Positions 18,055 to 27,901 of a DNA stretch of 64,000 nucleotides are shown here, in pieces. The position numbers were made by a program, and so were the translations under genes. A model generated the notes under the pieces. The model was given only the letters and a program-made list of their open reading frames with translations. It ran no database searches and was not told the DNA's origin. This stretch comes from an uncultured bacterium (GTDB lineage: Bacteria > Oederibacteriota > JAAXVQ01): assembly GCA_964593065.1 (NCBI GenBank), contig CAZQGO010000001.1, forward strand, positions 350,082-414,081, in the 5' to 3' direction. Numbering within the stretch: position 1 is the stretch's first letter; each line of letters opens with the position of its first letter.

Positions 18055-18071
18055 GCGGAAAGGGCGACCCT

Positions 18072-18839
18072 TTGAACCGCAACACCCGTCAGTTCCTGGA
18101 TCTGATCCTCGTTCTCACCCAGAAGGACCTGAAGGTGAGGTACAAGAACAGCGTGCTGGGGTATCTGTGGTCCGTGGCCAATCCCCTGGCTTTCGCCCTC
18201 GTGTTCTACTTTGCCTTCAAGGTCATCATGCGGGTGGACATGGAGGATTACGCCCTGTTCCTCATCGTCGGCCTGTTTCCCTGGCAGTGGTTTTCCAATT
18301 CCATCAACATCTCCTCCACGGTGTTCCTGTCCAACGCCAGCATCATCAAGAAGGTGAGTTTCCCGCGCAACATCATTCCCTTAAGCATCGTATTGCAGGA
18401 CATGATCCATTACATCCTGTCCCTGCCCGTGATCGGGCTCTTCCTCCTGCTCTATCAAAAACCCGCGCAGGCGGCCTGGCTCTGGGGCATCCCGCTGCTG
18501 CTGGCCGGGCAATTCATGCTCATCTACGGCCTGGCCCTGGCCGTGTCCAGCATCAACCTCTTTTTCCGCGACCTGGAACGAATCGTCGGCATATTGATGA
18601 TGATCGTTTTTTATTGCACCCCCATCCTCTACCCGCTGGACATGATTCCCGCGCGGTTTCAGCACTGGGTGGGGTTGAATCCTTTCGCGACGGCGATCTT
18701 GGGCTGGCGGACCCTGCTTTTGGACGGACGCCTGGATCCCGTCGCCGCCGGACTCACCCTGGCCTACGGCCTGGCGGCTTTGGGCCTGGGCACCTGGATC
18801 TATTCCCGCCTGGCCTGGAAGTTTGCGGAGGTCCTATGA
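18072..18839 (+). CDS. wzm: ABC-2 type polysaccharide exporter permease (Wzm/KpsM-like)
   Basis: NRNTRQFLDLILVLTQKDLKVRYKNSVLGYLWSVANPL is the canonical ABC-2 N-terminal motif. Six TM segments. Candidate TTG start at 18072, preceded by GGAAAGGG. The six-frame ORF is over-extended back to 17550. Confidence 0.8.
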   Translation: MNRNTRQFLDLILVLTQKDLKVRYKNSVLGYLWSVANPLAFALVFYFAFKVIMRVDMEDYALFLIVGLFPWQWFSNSINISSTVFLSNASIIKKVSFPRNIIPLSIVLQDMIHYILSLPVIGLFLLLYQKPAQAAWLWGIPLLLAGQFMLIYGLALAVSSINLFFRDLERIVGILMMIVFYCTPILYPLDMIPARFQHWVGLNPFATAILGWRTLLLDGRLDPVAAGLTLAYGLAALGLGTWIYSRLAWKFAEVL

Positions 18840-19633
18840 GCGACCCCGTCATCCGGTTCGAGTCCGTGGGCAAGCGTTATCCCCAGTACCATCACATCAC
18901 CGCGGGCTTCAAGCCCTTCCTGTTCCGCTGGCTGTGCCGCCTCGGGCGAACCGGCTCCGAAACCTTCGAAGCCTTAAGGGCGGTGACGTTCGAGGTCCGC
19001 CCGGGCGAAACACTCGGCATCATCGGCCGCAACGGTTCGGGCAAGAGCACGGTCCTGGGGCTGATCGCCGGCGTGCTCCGGCCGACTTCCGGAACCGTGC
19101 GGGTGCGGGGCAGGGTGGCTCCGCTGCTGGAACTCGGCGCGGGATTTCATCCCGAACTCACCGGCCGCGAGAACATATTTTTAAACGGGATCCTGCTGGG
19201 GCTGACGCGCGCCGAGGTCGCGCGGAAGCTCGATGCCATCATCGCCTTCTCGGAACTCGGGGAGTTCATCCACGAGCCCATCCGCATCTATTCCAGCGGC
19301 ATGCTGGCCCGCCTGGGTTTCGCCGTGATCTCGTCCCTGGATCCGGAAATCCTGCTGGTGGATGAAATTCTGGCCGTGGGGGACATGGATTTCCAGAAAA
19401 AATGCGTGGACCGCGCCCTCGAGTTCAAGCGCCGCGGCGTCACCATTATTTACGTCTCGCACGCCTTGGACCAGGTTCAGGAATTGTCCGACCGGGCCTT
19501 GTGGCTCGATGAGCATACGGTTCAGGCCTGGGGGAACCCGGCCGAAGTCGTGGACGCCTACCGGCGGCATTCATCCCCGCAGCGGGGACCGGACGGCGGC
19601 CGGCCCGAAGCGCCGGGCGGGGAAGCCCCATGA
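18836..19633 (+). CDS. wzt: ABC transporter ATP-binding protein (Wzt/KpsT-like, no C-terminal carbohydrate-binding domain)
   Basis: Walker A GRNGSGKST, signature YSSGMLARLGF, Walker B ILLVDEILAVGD. Only 265 aa. ATG overlaps the wzm stop (ATGA). Confidence 0.9.
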   Translation: MSDPVIRFESVGKRYPQYHHITAGFKPFLFRWLCRLGRTGSETFEALRAVTFEVRPGETLGIIGRNGSGKSTVLGLIAGVLRPTSGTVRVRGRVAPLLELGAGFHPELTGRENIFLNGILLGLTRAEVARKLDAIIAFSELGEFIHEPIRIYSSGMLARLGFAVISSLDPEILLVDEILAVGDMDFQKKCVDRALEFKRRGVTIIYVSHALDQVQELSDRALWLDEHTVQAWGNPAEVVDAYRRHSSPQRGPDGGRPEAPGGEAP

Positions 19634-20529
19634 CCCGCCAGCCGCCGCTCGTCAGCATCATCATCCCGTGCTGCAACGACGGGAAGTACCTGGACGAGGC
19701 CGTGACCTCGGCGCTGCGGCAGACCCACGCGGCGCTGGAGATCATCATCGTGGACGACGGCTCCCGGGATCCCTACACGGTCCGGCTGTTGCGGACCTAT
19801 CAGCGGCCCCGCACCCGCGTCTTCCACACGCCCAACCGCGGCCCGGCGGCGGCGCGAAATTTCGCCATCCGCCGGGCCGCGGGAAAATACCTCCTGCCCT
19901 TGGACGCCGACGACCGCATCGCCCCCAGCTACGTCGCCCGGGCCGTTGCCTGTTTGGAGCGGGACCCCCGGCTCGGCATCGTCTACTGCCGGGCCCGGCG
20001 CTTCGGAGACCAGCGGGGGGAATGGCGCCTGCCGGAATATTCCCTGGGCCGCATGCTCATGGACAACATGATCTTCTCCACGGCCTTGTTCCGGAAAAAG
20101 ACCTGGGAGCGGGTCGGAGGCTACAACCCCAACATGGTTTACGGCCTGGAGGACTACGATCTGTGGCTCTCCATTTTGGAGAAGGAAAAATGCCGGGTGC
20201 ACCGCATCAATCAAATTCTGTTTTATTACCGCAGCCGGCGGGACTCGCGCACCGCGAAGTTGAAAGCCGAGGGCCTGGAGCAGGCCATGTTCCGGCAGTT
20301 ATTCCGCAACCACCGCCAATTTTACCTGCGGCATCTCGAAGCCTATTTCGAGGGGCGGATGCAGCTGATCCGCGATCTCAACCGCTTCGGGCGGCTGATT
20401 GAAACGTCTCCGGCTTTGAAGCTCGAGAGGCGGTTGGACCGGTTTCCCCTGGGACGGAGCCTCTACGGCGGAGTCCTGGGCGCGTTCGCGGCGCTGCTGG
20501 ACCTGGCGCGCCGCCTCGGAGGGAAGTGA
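19630..20529 (+). CDS. family 2 glycosyltransferase (GT-A)
   Basis: VSIIIPCCNDGKYL...IIIVDDGS...LDADD motifs. ATGA overlap with wzt. Confidence 0.85.
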   Translation: MTRQPPLVSIIIPCCNDGKYLDEAVTSALRQTHAALEIIIVDDGSRDPYTVRLLRTYQRPRTRVFHTPNRGPAAARNFAIRRAAGKYLLPLDADDRIAPSYVARAVACLERDPRLGIVYCRARRFGDQRGEWRLPEYSLGRMLMDNMIFSTALFRKKTWERVGGYNPNMVYGLEDYDLWLSILEKEKCRVHRINQILFYYRSRRDSRTAKLKAEGLEQAMFRQLFRNHRQFYLRHLEAYFEGRMQLIRDLNRFGRLIETSPALKLERRLDRFPLGRSLYGGVLGAFAALLDLARRLGGK

Positions 20530-20532
20530 GGC

Positions 20533-21612
20533 ATGCTGATCCTGACCAGCCTGTGCGCCAATTATCTCCCCAAGGCGCGGGTCCTGGCCGAAAGTGTCAA
20601 ACGCCATTCGCGGAACCGCGTCTGGGTATGCCTGGTGGAAAAAACGGCTCCGCCGGAGTTGACCTCCCGGGAGCCCTGGGACGGCCTGGTGCTGGCGAAG
20701 GACCTGGGCATTTCCAATTTCGGAAGGTTTATTGCCGGACGGTCCCGGCTGGAGGCGGCCACGGCGGTCAAGGCGCAGTGGTTCCTGCACGCGCTCGCGC
20801 GCTTCCCGCACGAAAAGGACTTTCTCTTTCTCGACCCCGACATGACGGTCTACACGGATTTCCGCCCGCTGCAGCGGCTGCTCCGGCGCCACCCCCTGAT
20901 CGTAACCCCGCACTTGCTGACGCCGCACAACCTGGAGATGGAAGTGAGCGCCTTAAACCACGGCGCCTACAACCTGGGATTTCTCGCCCTGCGGCGCGGG
21001 CCGCGCAGCGGGGCTTTTCTCGCCTGGTGGCGGGAGCGGCTCCAGTTCGCCTGCTATGACGACCGGCCGCACGGGTTGTTCACGGATCAGAAGTGGGCCG
21101 ACCTGGTCCCGTCGCTGTTTGACGCCCACGTGCTCCGCGACCCCGGCTATAACGTGGCGACCTGGAACCTGGGGGAACGGCGCCTGACTCCCGTGGCGGG
21201 CGGGCTGGCCGCGAACGGCCGGCCCCTGCAGTGCCTGCATTTTTCGGGGTTCGATCAAGGCACGTTCCGGTGGGCCGCGGAACGCTGGGGAGGGCGGAGC
21301 CGGCCCCGGTTGCGGGCTTTGGCAGGCGCCTATGCCCGCGCTTTGGCCCGGCACGGGCAAAAGGACCTCGGGAACCGGCCTTGGAGCTACGACCGCTTGG
21401 ATGACGGCCGCCTTCTCCCGCTTGGCCTGCGCGCGGCCTTGCGGCGGCCGGAGGTTTTGCCCGGCGAGGATCCGTATGCCTTGAGCCTGCGCGAACTGCG
21501 CCGCCGCCTGCCCTGGTCGGCAAGCTGGCCGGGACGGGCGGTGCGCGGCCTGCGGCGGGCCGCAGGGGTGTTTCTGCGGGAGCTGGGAGGCCGCCGCGGC
21601 CGTGGCTTCTAG
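20533..21612 (+). CDS. putative nucleotide-diphospho-sugar transferase (GT-A fold, DXD motif)
   Basis: FLFLDPDM (DxD) sits in a Rossmann-like N-terminal half. No closer family assignment is possible by eye. Confidence 0.5.
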   Translation: MLILTSLCANYLPKARVLAESVKRHSRNRVWVCLVEKTAPPELTSREPWDGLVLAKDLGISNFGRFIAGRSRLEAATAVKAQWFLHALARFPHEKDFLFLDPDMTVYTDFRPLQRLLRRHPLIVTPHLLTPHNLEMEVSALNHGAYNLGFLALRRGPRSGAFLAWWRERLQFACYDDRPHGLFTDQKWADLVPSLFDAHVLRDPGYNVATWNLGERRLTPVAGGLAANGRPLQCLHFSGFDQGTFRWAAERWGGRSRPRLRALAGAYARALARHGQKDLGNRPWSYDRLDDGRLLPLGLRAALRRPEVLPGEDPYALSLRELRRRLPWSASWPGRAVRGLRRAAGVFLRELGGRRGRGF

Positions 21613-22868
21613 GACCCGGCCGGAGCCGCCGCTCGCCGGCAGCACCAGCGGAAGACCGCGGCCGCGGCAAAGATCATGACCGCGGCCACCTGAAGCGGGG
21701 TGGCCGGGGCAAAGGCGGCGGCTAAGAAACCGGAGATCAGGGGCGGAATGCCCATGGCCAGGGCCTGGAGGCTGGAATTGATGCCCAGGATTTCGCCCTG
21801 CACCGTCTCCTCCGCGCTGATGCTGATCAAGCCCGTGCTGTTCGTCTGGGTGAGATTCATGGCGAGGGCGAAAAACGGCATGACCGCCACGAAGGCCCAG
21901 GCCCGGGTCGTGAAGCTTGCCAGCAGAATGAACAGGCCGGCCAACCCCAGGGAGACCCTCAGGATTGCCGCCGGCGTCCAGCGCCGCGCCGCCCACCGGA
22001 CGATCACCCATTGCGTCAGAAGACCGACCGCGCCCATGCAGGCGAAATAATCGCCGATGCCGCCCTGGGAGAAACCAAAACGGTGAATCATGAATACGCC
22101 GGCGAAAGTGGCGTAAAAAGCGAACCCGGTCTGAAACAGGAAAAGCGTGATGAAGAGAGAGCGCAGGGTGGGATGCGTAAAGGCCCGCCCGATGTTGATC
22201 CAGGCCTGGCTCCAGCGCACGGCCGTCCCGTGTCGGCGCACCGGCAGGGTTTCCGGCAGCCAGAACCACACGGAGAGCGTGTTCGCGAGGGCCAGCAGGC
22301 CGGCGAACCAGAACGGAGTGGTGGCGTTGAACCAGGACACCAGCCCCGGGTCGGACAGTTTTCCACCGAGGAAAGGCCCGCCGATAAACCCCAGGCCGAA
22401 GGCGGCGGCCAGCAGCGCGAAGCGGCCGACACGGTTTTCCGCGGTCGTGATGTCGGCGATGGACGCCTGGGCGACGGCGATCACCCCTCCCGTCGCGCCG
22501 TCCAGGGCCCGGGAGAAAAACAGGAGGGGAATGTCCTTCCGGACGATGCCGACCGCGAACAGAAAATAGGACACGCTGGTTCCGGCCAAGGACAAGGCCA
22601 GGATCCTGCGGCGGCCGAAGCGGTCGGAAAGCTGGCCGAGAACGGGTGCCGCCAGGAACTGCATGAAGGAGAAGGCGGCCATCAGGCCTCCGAGCAGGAT
22701 ATACCCGTGAGCGAGCGGGGTGCCCGGCGGCAGCAGAAAGAAACGCGAGGCGGGGTCGGCCAACAGGATGGGGATGATCGGAATCAGGATGCCGAAGCCC
22801 ATGATGTCGATGAAAATGGCGAGAAAGAGAAGCGGCGGGACGCGGTGCGCGGAGAACGGTCGGGGCAT
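21609..22868 (-). CDS. MFS transporter (TetA/TCR-like drug:H+ antiporter family)
   Basis: 12 predicted TM helices. The GxLaDrxGrkxxl-like motif LGQLSDRFGRRRIL lies between TM2 and TM3. Start moved to the ATG at 22868 (MPRPFSAH...). Confidence 0.85.
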   Translation of the reverse strand: MPRPFSAHRVPPLLFLAIFIDIMGFGILIPIIPILLADPASRFFLLPPGTPLAHGYILLGGLMAAFSFMQFLAAPVLGQLSDRFGRRRILALSLAGTSVSYFLFAVGIVRKDIPLLFFSRALDGATGGVIAVAQASIADITTAENRVGRFALLAAAFGLGFIGGPFLGGKLSDPGLVSWFNATTPFWFAGLLALANTLSVWFWLPETLPVRRHGTAVRWSQAWINIGRAFTHPTLRSLFITLFLFQTGFAFYATFAGVFMIHRFGFSQGGIGDYFACMGAVGLLTQWVIVRWAARRWTPAAILRVSLGLAGLFILLASFTTRAWAFVAVMPFFALAMNLTQTNSTGLISISAEETVQGEILGINSSLQALAMGIPPLISGFLAAAFAPATPLQVAAVMIFAAAAVFRWCCRRAAAPAGS

Positions 22869-22897
22869 GCTTGCCTCGCGTGGCTGCGGCCGGAGGC

Positions 22898-24778
22898 TCA
22901 GGCCGGAGCCGGGCCGTCGCAGTTGGCCTTCAGGTGGGGTCCGCCGGGAAGCGGACTTCCGGCCGTGCCGTCGCGGGCGAGCAATTCCTGGAATTCTTCG
23001 GCTTCCAGGGTTTCCTTTTCCAGAAGGCGCTGGGCGATCTTGTGCATCAGTTCCTTCTGGTCGCACAGGGATTTCTTCACGCCGGCCATGCGGGCTTCGA
23101 TGAGTTTCTGAATTTCCTGGTCGATGACCCGGGCGGTGTGCTCGCTGAATTCCCGGGGAGGGATGATGGCCGGCTGCTGCACGAAGACCGCCTGCCGTTG
23201 TTCGTAGGTGACCGGCCCCAAGGTTTCGTTCATGCCAAACATGGAGACCATGCTGCGGGCGATTTCCGTGGCTTTCTGCAGGTCGTTGTGCCCGCCGGTG
23301 GTGATGTCGTCGAACATCAGTTCCTCGGCCGCGCGTCCGCCCAGCAGCACGTCGATCTTTTCCAACAACTCCCGGCGCGACATGAGGTACCGGTCCTCGG
23401 TGGGGAGCTGCAGGGTGAAGCCCAAGGCGGCGATGCCCCGGGGCACGATGGAAATTTTATGCACCGGTTCCGCCGTCGGGCGGGAAGCGGCCACCAACGC
23501 ATGCCCGGTTTCATGGTACGCCACTACGGTTTTTTCCCGCTCGTTCAAATGCCGGTTCTTCTTCTCCAGGCCCGCGATGATGCGGTCGATGGCCTCTTCC
23601 AGCTCGGGTTCCCCGACCTCGGATTTGCCCCGGCGGGCGGCCAGCAGGGCCGCCTCGTTGGCCAGGTTGGCCAGATCCGCGCCCGTGAAACCCGAGGTGC
23701 GGCGGGCGATGGTCTCCAGATTCACGTCCGGGGCCAGGCGGATCTGGCGCGTATGGATCTTCAAAATGTCCAGGCGGCCCTGGAGATCGGGCCGGTCCAC
23801 GAGAATTTGCCGGTCGAAACGGCCAGGACGAAGCAGGGCCGGGTCCAGGATTTCCGGCCGGTTGGTGGCCGCCACGATGATGACGCCTTTCTTGGAATCG
23901 AAACCGTCCATTTCCGCCAGAAGCTGGTTGAGGGTCTGTTCGCGCTCGTCGTGCCCGCCGAGGGTGCCCAGTCCCCGGGCCTTGCCCAGCGCGTCCAGCT
24001 CGTCGATGAAGATGACGCAGGGCGCGACCTTGGAGGCCTGTTCGAACAGGTCGCGCACCCGGGCGGCGCCCAGGCCCACGAACAACTCGATGAAGTCGGA
24101 ACCGCTCATGAAGAAGAAGGGAACGCCCGATTCGCCGGCCAAGGCCTTGGCGAGCAGGGTTTTGCCCGTGCCCGGGGGGCCGACCAGCAGAACGCCTTTG
24201 GGAATCCGGGCGCCCAGGGTGGTGAATTTTTCGGGGCTCTTGAGGAATTCCAGAATCTCCTGCAGTTCCTGCTTGGCTTCATCCTGGCCGGCCACGTCCG
24301 CGAAAGTGATGCCCACGTCCCGCTGCACGAAAATCTTGGCCTTGCTTTTACCCAGGGTCATCATGCCGCCCATGCCCTGCTGGCCCATGCGGCGCATGAA
24401 CCACATCCAGATGAGCATGAAAAAAAAGATGGGAACGAGCCAGGACAGCAACACCTTCCAAAAGGTATTTTCGTTTTCGGCGATGATGTCCACCTGGTTT
24501 TTTTCCAGGAAGGGGATCAGGTTGGGATCGCCGACGCGCGGGGTGGTATAGAGCTTGGTGGGAAACAGGGGCTCCTTGCCGCCGTGCAGGGTTTTTTCAA
24601 AACCGCGGAGATTATGCGTGGAGACCACCACGGAGTTGATTTTATTATCGGCAATATACTTTTTAAACTGGCTGTAGGAAACCCGGTCGATCCGCGGGGA
24701 AATGGCGAACTGGAAAAGGAGAATCAGGCCCAACGTCACCAAAATGTAAATGGCGGCAAGCGAAGTCCGTTTTGGCAC
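22898..24778 (-). CDS. ftsH: ATP-dependent zinc metalloprotease FtsH
   Basis: Walker [14 protein letters not shown], the AAA second region of homology, and the zinc motif HETGHAL. A GTG start at 24778 is preceded by AGGAGGTGA, versus the ATG at 24817 in the ORF track. Confidence 0.9.
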   Translation of the reverse strand: MPKRTSLAAIYILVTLGLILLFQFAISPRIDRVSYSQFKKYIADNKINSVVVSTHNLRGFEKTLHGGKEPLFPTKLYTTPRVGDPNLIPFLEKNQVDIIAENENTFWKVLLSWLVPIFFFMLIWMWFMRRMGQQGMGGMMTLGKSKAKIFVQRDVGITFADVAGQDEAKQELQEILEFLKSPEKFTTLGARIPKGVLLVGPPGTGKTLLAKALAGESGVPFFFMSGSDFIELFVGLGAARVRDLFEQASKVAPCVIFIDELDALGKARGLGTLGGHDEREQTLNQLLAEMDGFDSKKGVIIVAATNRPEILDPALLRPGRFDRQILVDRPDLQGRLDILKIHTRQIRLAPDVNLETIARRTSGFTGADLANLANEAALLAARRGKSEVGEPELEEAIDRIIAGLEKKNRHLNEREKTVVAYHETGHALVAASRPTAEPVHKISIVPRGIAALGFTLQLPTEDRYLMSRRELLEKIDVLLGGRAAEELMFDDITTGGHNDLQKATEIARSMVSMFGMNETLGPVTYEQRQAVFVQQPAIIPPREFSEHTARVIDQEIQKLIEARMAGVKKSLCDQKELMHKIAQRLLEKETLEAEEFQELLARDGTAGSPLPGGPHLKANCDGPAPA

Positions 24779-25003
24779 GGTGATCACCTCCTGGAAGGAT
24801 AACACCATACCATACAAGCCATTCCGGTTTCAAAGCAAATCCGGCGGCTTTCGTTCCCTCGGGCCGCCCCCTGGCCGGCGCCGCGGCAGGGGGTCCGGGA
24901 AGGAGGAAATTTGCTGCCAAATTACGCGGCCAAGGCTTACAATACTGGCATCCGGCGGCCGCCTGGCGTGGACGGGCGGTGCTGCCGCGGGTCTCTGATC
25001 CGG

Positions 25004-25115
25004 CGGCCTCATCAACCTGATGAGGCCTGGGGTTCGGGGGCGGTGAAGCCTCCGACTGGAGTAGGAAGGAAAGCAGGACGCGTCAGCGTCCGCGTCCGGG
25101 GAACCTGTGGTTCCC
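25004..25115 (+). ncRNA. candidate cis-regulatory structured RNA element (unclassified), copy B, in the 5' leader of the CBS-domain gene
   Basis: Same 5' hairpin (GCCUCAUC-AACCU-GAUGAGGC), same core (GGGGUUCGGGGGCGGUGAAGCCUCCGACUGGAGUAGGAAGGAAAGCAGGACG) and same 3' hairpin GGGGAACC-UGU-GGUUCCCC (25097-25115) as copy A. The C-to-U change in the core preserves the internal stem as a G-U pair. It lacks the ~150-nt middle insert of copy A. Confidence 0.35.
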
Positions 25116-25144
25116 CGGAGAACATCCATGAGGAGGTGGAAAAC

Positions 25145-25525
25145 ATGTTGCAAGCGCAGGAAGTCATGACCCGCGAAGTCGTCAGCATCAGTCCCGAGGC
25201 CACGCTGTCCGACGCCATCGAACTGTTGCTGGCACGGAAGATCAGCGGCCTGCCCGTGGTGGACCACGAAGGCAAGATTATCGGGATCATCTCGGAGAAG
25301 GACATCCTCAATTTCGCCTTCAGCGGCAACTTGCACAATACGCGGGTCGAGGAGGCCATGACCGCGAAAATCGTCAGCTTTCCCCCGGAGGCCAGCATTG
25401 ATTCCATCGCCCTGGCCATCAGCCAGCACCAGTTCCGGCGGGTGCCCATCGTCCTGGAAGGCAAGGTCGTCGGCATCGTGTCCCGGCGGGACATCATCCG
25501 CGTGGCGCTCCTGGGGAAACGATAG
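25145..25525 (+). CDS. CBS-pair domain protein
   Basis: Two CBS motifs: VMTREVVSISPEATLSDAIELLLARKISGLPVV and AMTAKIVSFPPEASIDSIALAISQHQFRRVPIV. RBS GAGGAGGTGG is upstream of the ATG at 25145. The ORF track start at 24911 is an over-extension. Confidence 0.85.
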   Translation: MLQAQEVMTREVVSISPEATLSDAIELLLARKISGLPVVDHEGKIIGIISEKDILNFAFSGNLHNTRVEEAMTAKIVSFPPEASIDSIALAISQHQFRRVPIVLEGKVVGIVSRRDIIRVALLGKR

Positions 25526-25536
25526 GGGGAAACCCC

Positions 25537-26730
25537 TTAGGGGAAATGCGGGCCCGCGCCGGTGCGGTGAGAGCGGGGAAACTCGGAACGGCGCGCGGGG
25601 GTTTTGCGCAGCGCTTGCCAGAAGTTCCGCAGACGGTGCAGGATTTCGTGCCAGAAGGGCCAGGGATCCGTCCAGGAAAACAACACCCGGACGTGCTTCT
25701 TCCGGAAATTCCGCAGAAAGCCGTATTGCCGGCTGCCCGCCAGGTAGGCCTTGAAATCGTCCGATTCGTAGATCCAGGTCATCCCGGGCCTGGCCTGGAC
25801 CGGGGTGACCGGTTCGTGCCGCAGCAGGCGCACCAGGCTTTCCGGAAAGTTCACGCCCGCCGCGCGCGCCAGCGCGATTTGCAGGTTGAAACGTCCCACC
25901 GTCGGCTCCATGATGAAAAACTGCTTTCTCTCCGGATCGAACTTGTATTCCAAGGATCCGAAGCCGCGGTAGCCCACGGACCGGAAGAGAGCCACGCTGC
26001 GTTCGCAGAGCTCGTTGTCCTGCAAACTGACCGCCAAGCTCGTGCTTCCGGAGAAGCGGGGAAACTGGCGCAGTTTCCTGCCGAGGAAGACCTGTACGGG
26101 ACGGGATTGCTCGTCGAACAACATGAAGCAGAAATACAGCTGGTCGTCCCCGCCCGAGATCCATTCCTGCACGACCAGGGACTGGTAATGCAGCGGGGCC
26201 AGCTGCGGAAGCAGCGCCTGGAGTTCCCCGAAACTGTCAACGCGTTCCGCGTGCATCAGGAAGGGTTTGACCACCAGCGGATAGTCCAGGTTCCGGCCCA
26301 GGCGCAGGAGGGCGTCCGGATCGGGCGCGGTGTGGGTGGCCGCCACGGGCCAGCGGGCTGCCTGGGCCCAGGGATAGAACTTGGCCTTCTGCATCAGGAG
26401 CTCGATCACCGGGTCGTCGGGCAGGAGGAAATCATAGCCCGCGGAAAGTTCGCGGCGATGCCGCGAAACCTCGACCACTTGGGCGTCGCCGGTGAGCAGC
26501 AGGAGCGGGTTGTCCCGGAAGTTCTCCCGCCAGCGAAGCAGGAAGGGCACCAGGCCTCCGGGAGGATGGGTGAGCGTGGCCCGGGGCAGGTTGGAGTAAT
26601 AGGCGGGCCGGCGTACCAGCTTTTCGCCCACGGACCAAATCCGGTGTCCCTGACGCCGCAGAGGCCGCAGGCAACGAAGGGTGGAAAGGGCCGTAGCCGT
26701 GTAGTCCGGAACGACAATATCCATGCTCAA
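25537..26730 (-). CDS. ATP-grasp domain protein (carboxylate-amine/thiol ligase-like)
   Basis: ATP-grasp style segments LVVKP...QEWI.GGDD...GSLEYKFDPERKQFFIMEPTVGRFN. Function unknown. Confidence 0.65.
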   Translation of the reverse strand: MSMDIVVPDYTATALSTLRCLRPLRRQGHRIWSVGEKLVRRPAYYSNLPRATLTHPPGGLVPFLLRWRENFRDNPLLLLTGDAQVVEVSRHRRELSAGYDFLLPDDPVIELLMQKAKFYPWAQAARWPVAATHTAPDPDALLRLGRNLDYPLVVKPFLMHAERVDSFGELQALLPQLAPLHYQSLVVQEWISGGDDQLYFCFMLFDEQSRPVQVFLGRKLRQFPRFSGSTSLAVSLQDNELCERSVALFRSVGYRGFGSLEYKFDPERKQFFIMEPTVGRFNLQIALARAAGVNFPESLVRLLRHEPVTPVQARPGMTWIYESDDFKAYLAGSRQYGFLRNFRKKHVRVLFSWTDPWPFWHEILHRLRNFWQALRKTPARRSEFPRSHRTGAGPHFP

Positions 26731-26818
26731 CTCCCGGTTGAAAGGGGAAGGGGAAGACGCGCGCGGCGGCTCACGCCCTTTTCGGAGACGAACCGGACGC
26801 GGGGGCCCGGAATTTCGG

Positions 26819-26850
26819 CAAAAACAAAGCCCGCTTGAAACAGCGGGCTT
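26819..26850 (-). terminator. rho-independent terminator downstream of the OmpA-like gene (minus strand)
   Basis: On the minus strand: AAGCCCGCU-GUUUCA-AGCGGGCUU followed by UGUUUUUG. Confidence 0.45.
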
Positions 26851-26920
26851 GGGAAAGCTTGCTGCGCGGACAGGGAATCCGCGGAATTCACGCCGGCCGC
26901 ACGCGGGGGCCGAATGCGGA

Positions 26921-27592
26921 CTACTGCACCAGGCCTTTCTTGGCCGCGTTTTTCAATTTTTCGTTGGCGAAGATCGCAATTTCCACCCGACGGTTCTGGC
27001 GCTTGCCCTCTTCCGTGTCGTTCGAAGCCACGGGTTGGGATTCGCCGTAGCCCATCGCGGTGAAGCGGGCGGGCGCCACTCCGTAACTCTTCAACTGGTT
27101 GGCCACCGCGTTGGCCCGGCGCTCGGAGAGCTGCTGGTTGTACTCCTCGCTGCCGTCGGAATCCGTGTGTCCCTCCACGAGGATGTTGGTGTCGGGATAC
27201 TTGTTTAATATGGCGGACAGTTTTTTCAGGTTGGCCACGGCTTCGCTTTGCAGGCTCGCGGAGGCCTTGGCAAACAGGATGCCGGACTGGAAGGTGATCT
27301 TGATGCCTTCGCCGATGCGCTCCACCTTGGCGCCGGCGATGTCCTTCTGCATTTCGGCCGCCTGTTTGTCCATGTTGGCGCCGATCAGGGCGCCCGCCGT
27401 GCCTCCCACCGCCGCCCCGATGATGGCGCCGATGGCCGTATTGCCGGCCTGCTTGCCGATGACCGCACCGAGCGCACCGCCGCCCACGGCGCCGATGGCC
27501 CCGCCTTTGAAGGCATTGCTGGTGGCGCAGCCCGAGACGATGAGTCCCAGGGAGAGGATGGCGAACCAGGTCACGCTCTTTTTGGTCTTCAT
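26921..27592 (-). CDS. OmpA-family lipoprotein with glycine-zipper segment
   Basis: Signal peptide plus lipobox LIVSGC. A Gly-zipper [18 protein letters not shown]-terminal OmpA_C peptidoglycan-binding domain ([12 protein letters not shown]...RRVEI). Start at the ATG 27592, with a GGAGG RBS. Confidence 0.85.
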   Translation of the reverse strand: MKTKKSVTWFAILSLGLIVSGCATSNAFKGGAIGAVGGGALGAVIGKQAGNTAIGAIIGAAVGGTAGALIGANMDKQAAEMQKDIAGAKVERIGEGIKITFQSGILFAKASASLQSEAVANLKKLSAILNKYPDTNILVEGHTDSDGSEEYNQQLSERRANAVANQLKSYGVAPARFTAMGYGESQPVASNDTEEGKRQNRRVEIAIFANEKLKNAAKKGLVQ

Positions 27593-27901
27593 GGTATTCC
27601 TCCGGGAAAAGTATGCCCCCTGCCGGCTTGCGGCGGGTTCTGGCTGGAGCAGAGACATTGTACTTGGCCCCGCGTCAAAGTCAAGAAAAACCGAACCGCC
27701 TTTCGCGCGGCGCCAGGGATCCGCGGCCCTTTCGCGCGGCGGGCCTACGGGGATCCGGGCGGATGCACTTCGTCTTCCCTTGGCGGGCGAAAATGCATAC
27801 AATGGAGCGGCCGGCCGCGCCGGCCACGGACCGGGCGCAGGCCGGGGGCGACCGCCCCCGTCCGACCGGCGGCGGAAAAATTTGGTAATCCAGGAGACGA
27901 A

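Noticed and set aside
17550-18071. N-terminal 174 codons of the 429-aa ORF 17550..18839
   Set aside because: It overlaps the 3' end of the AlgJ-like gene in another frame and is Pro/Gly/Arg-rich. The ABC-2 permease homology starts only at about residue 175, so the gene was trimmed to 18072. ORFs 18167..19633, 24911..25525, 27248..29290, 34009..35025, 56826, 57655, 58260, 58652 and 61507 were trimmed to internal RBS-supported starts for the same reason.
25004-25030. CUGAUGAG sequence in element copy B, suggestive of a hammerhead ribozyme core
   Set aside because: Copy A has GAGGAUGAGG at the same place (no CUGA). The sequence is just the 3' arm of a conserved hairpin. No GAAA/stem III/cleavage-site arrangement is present.
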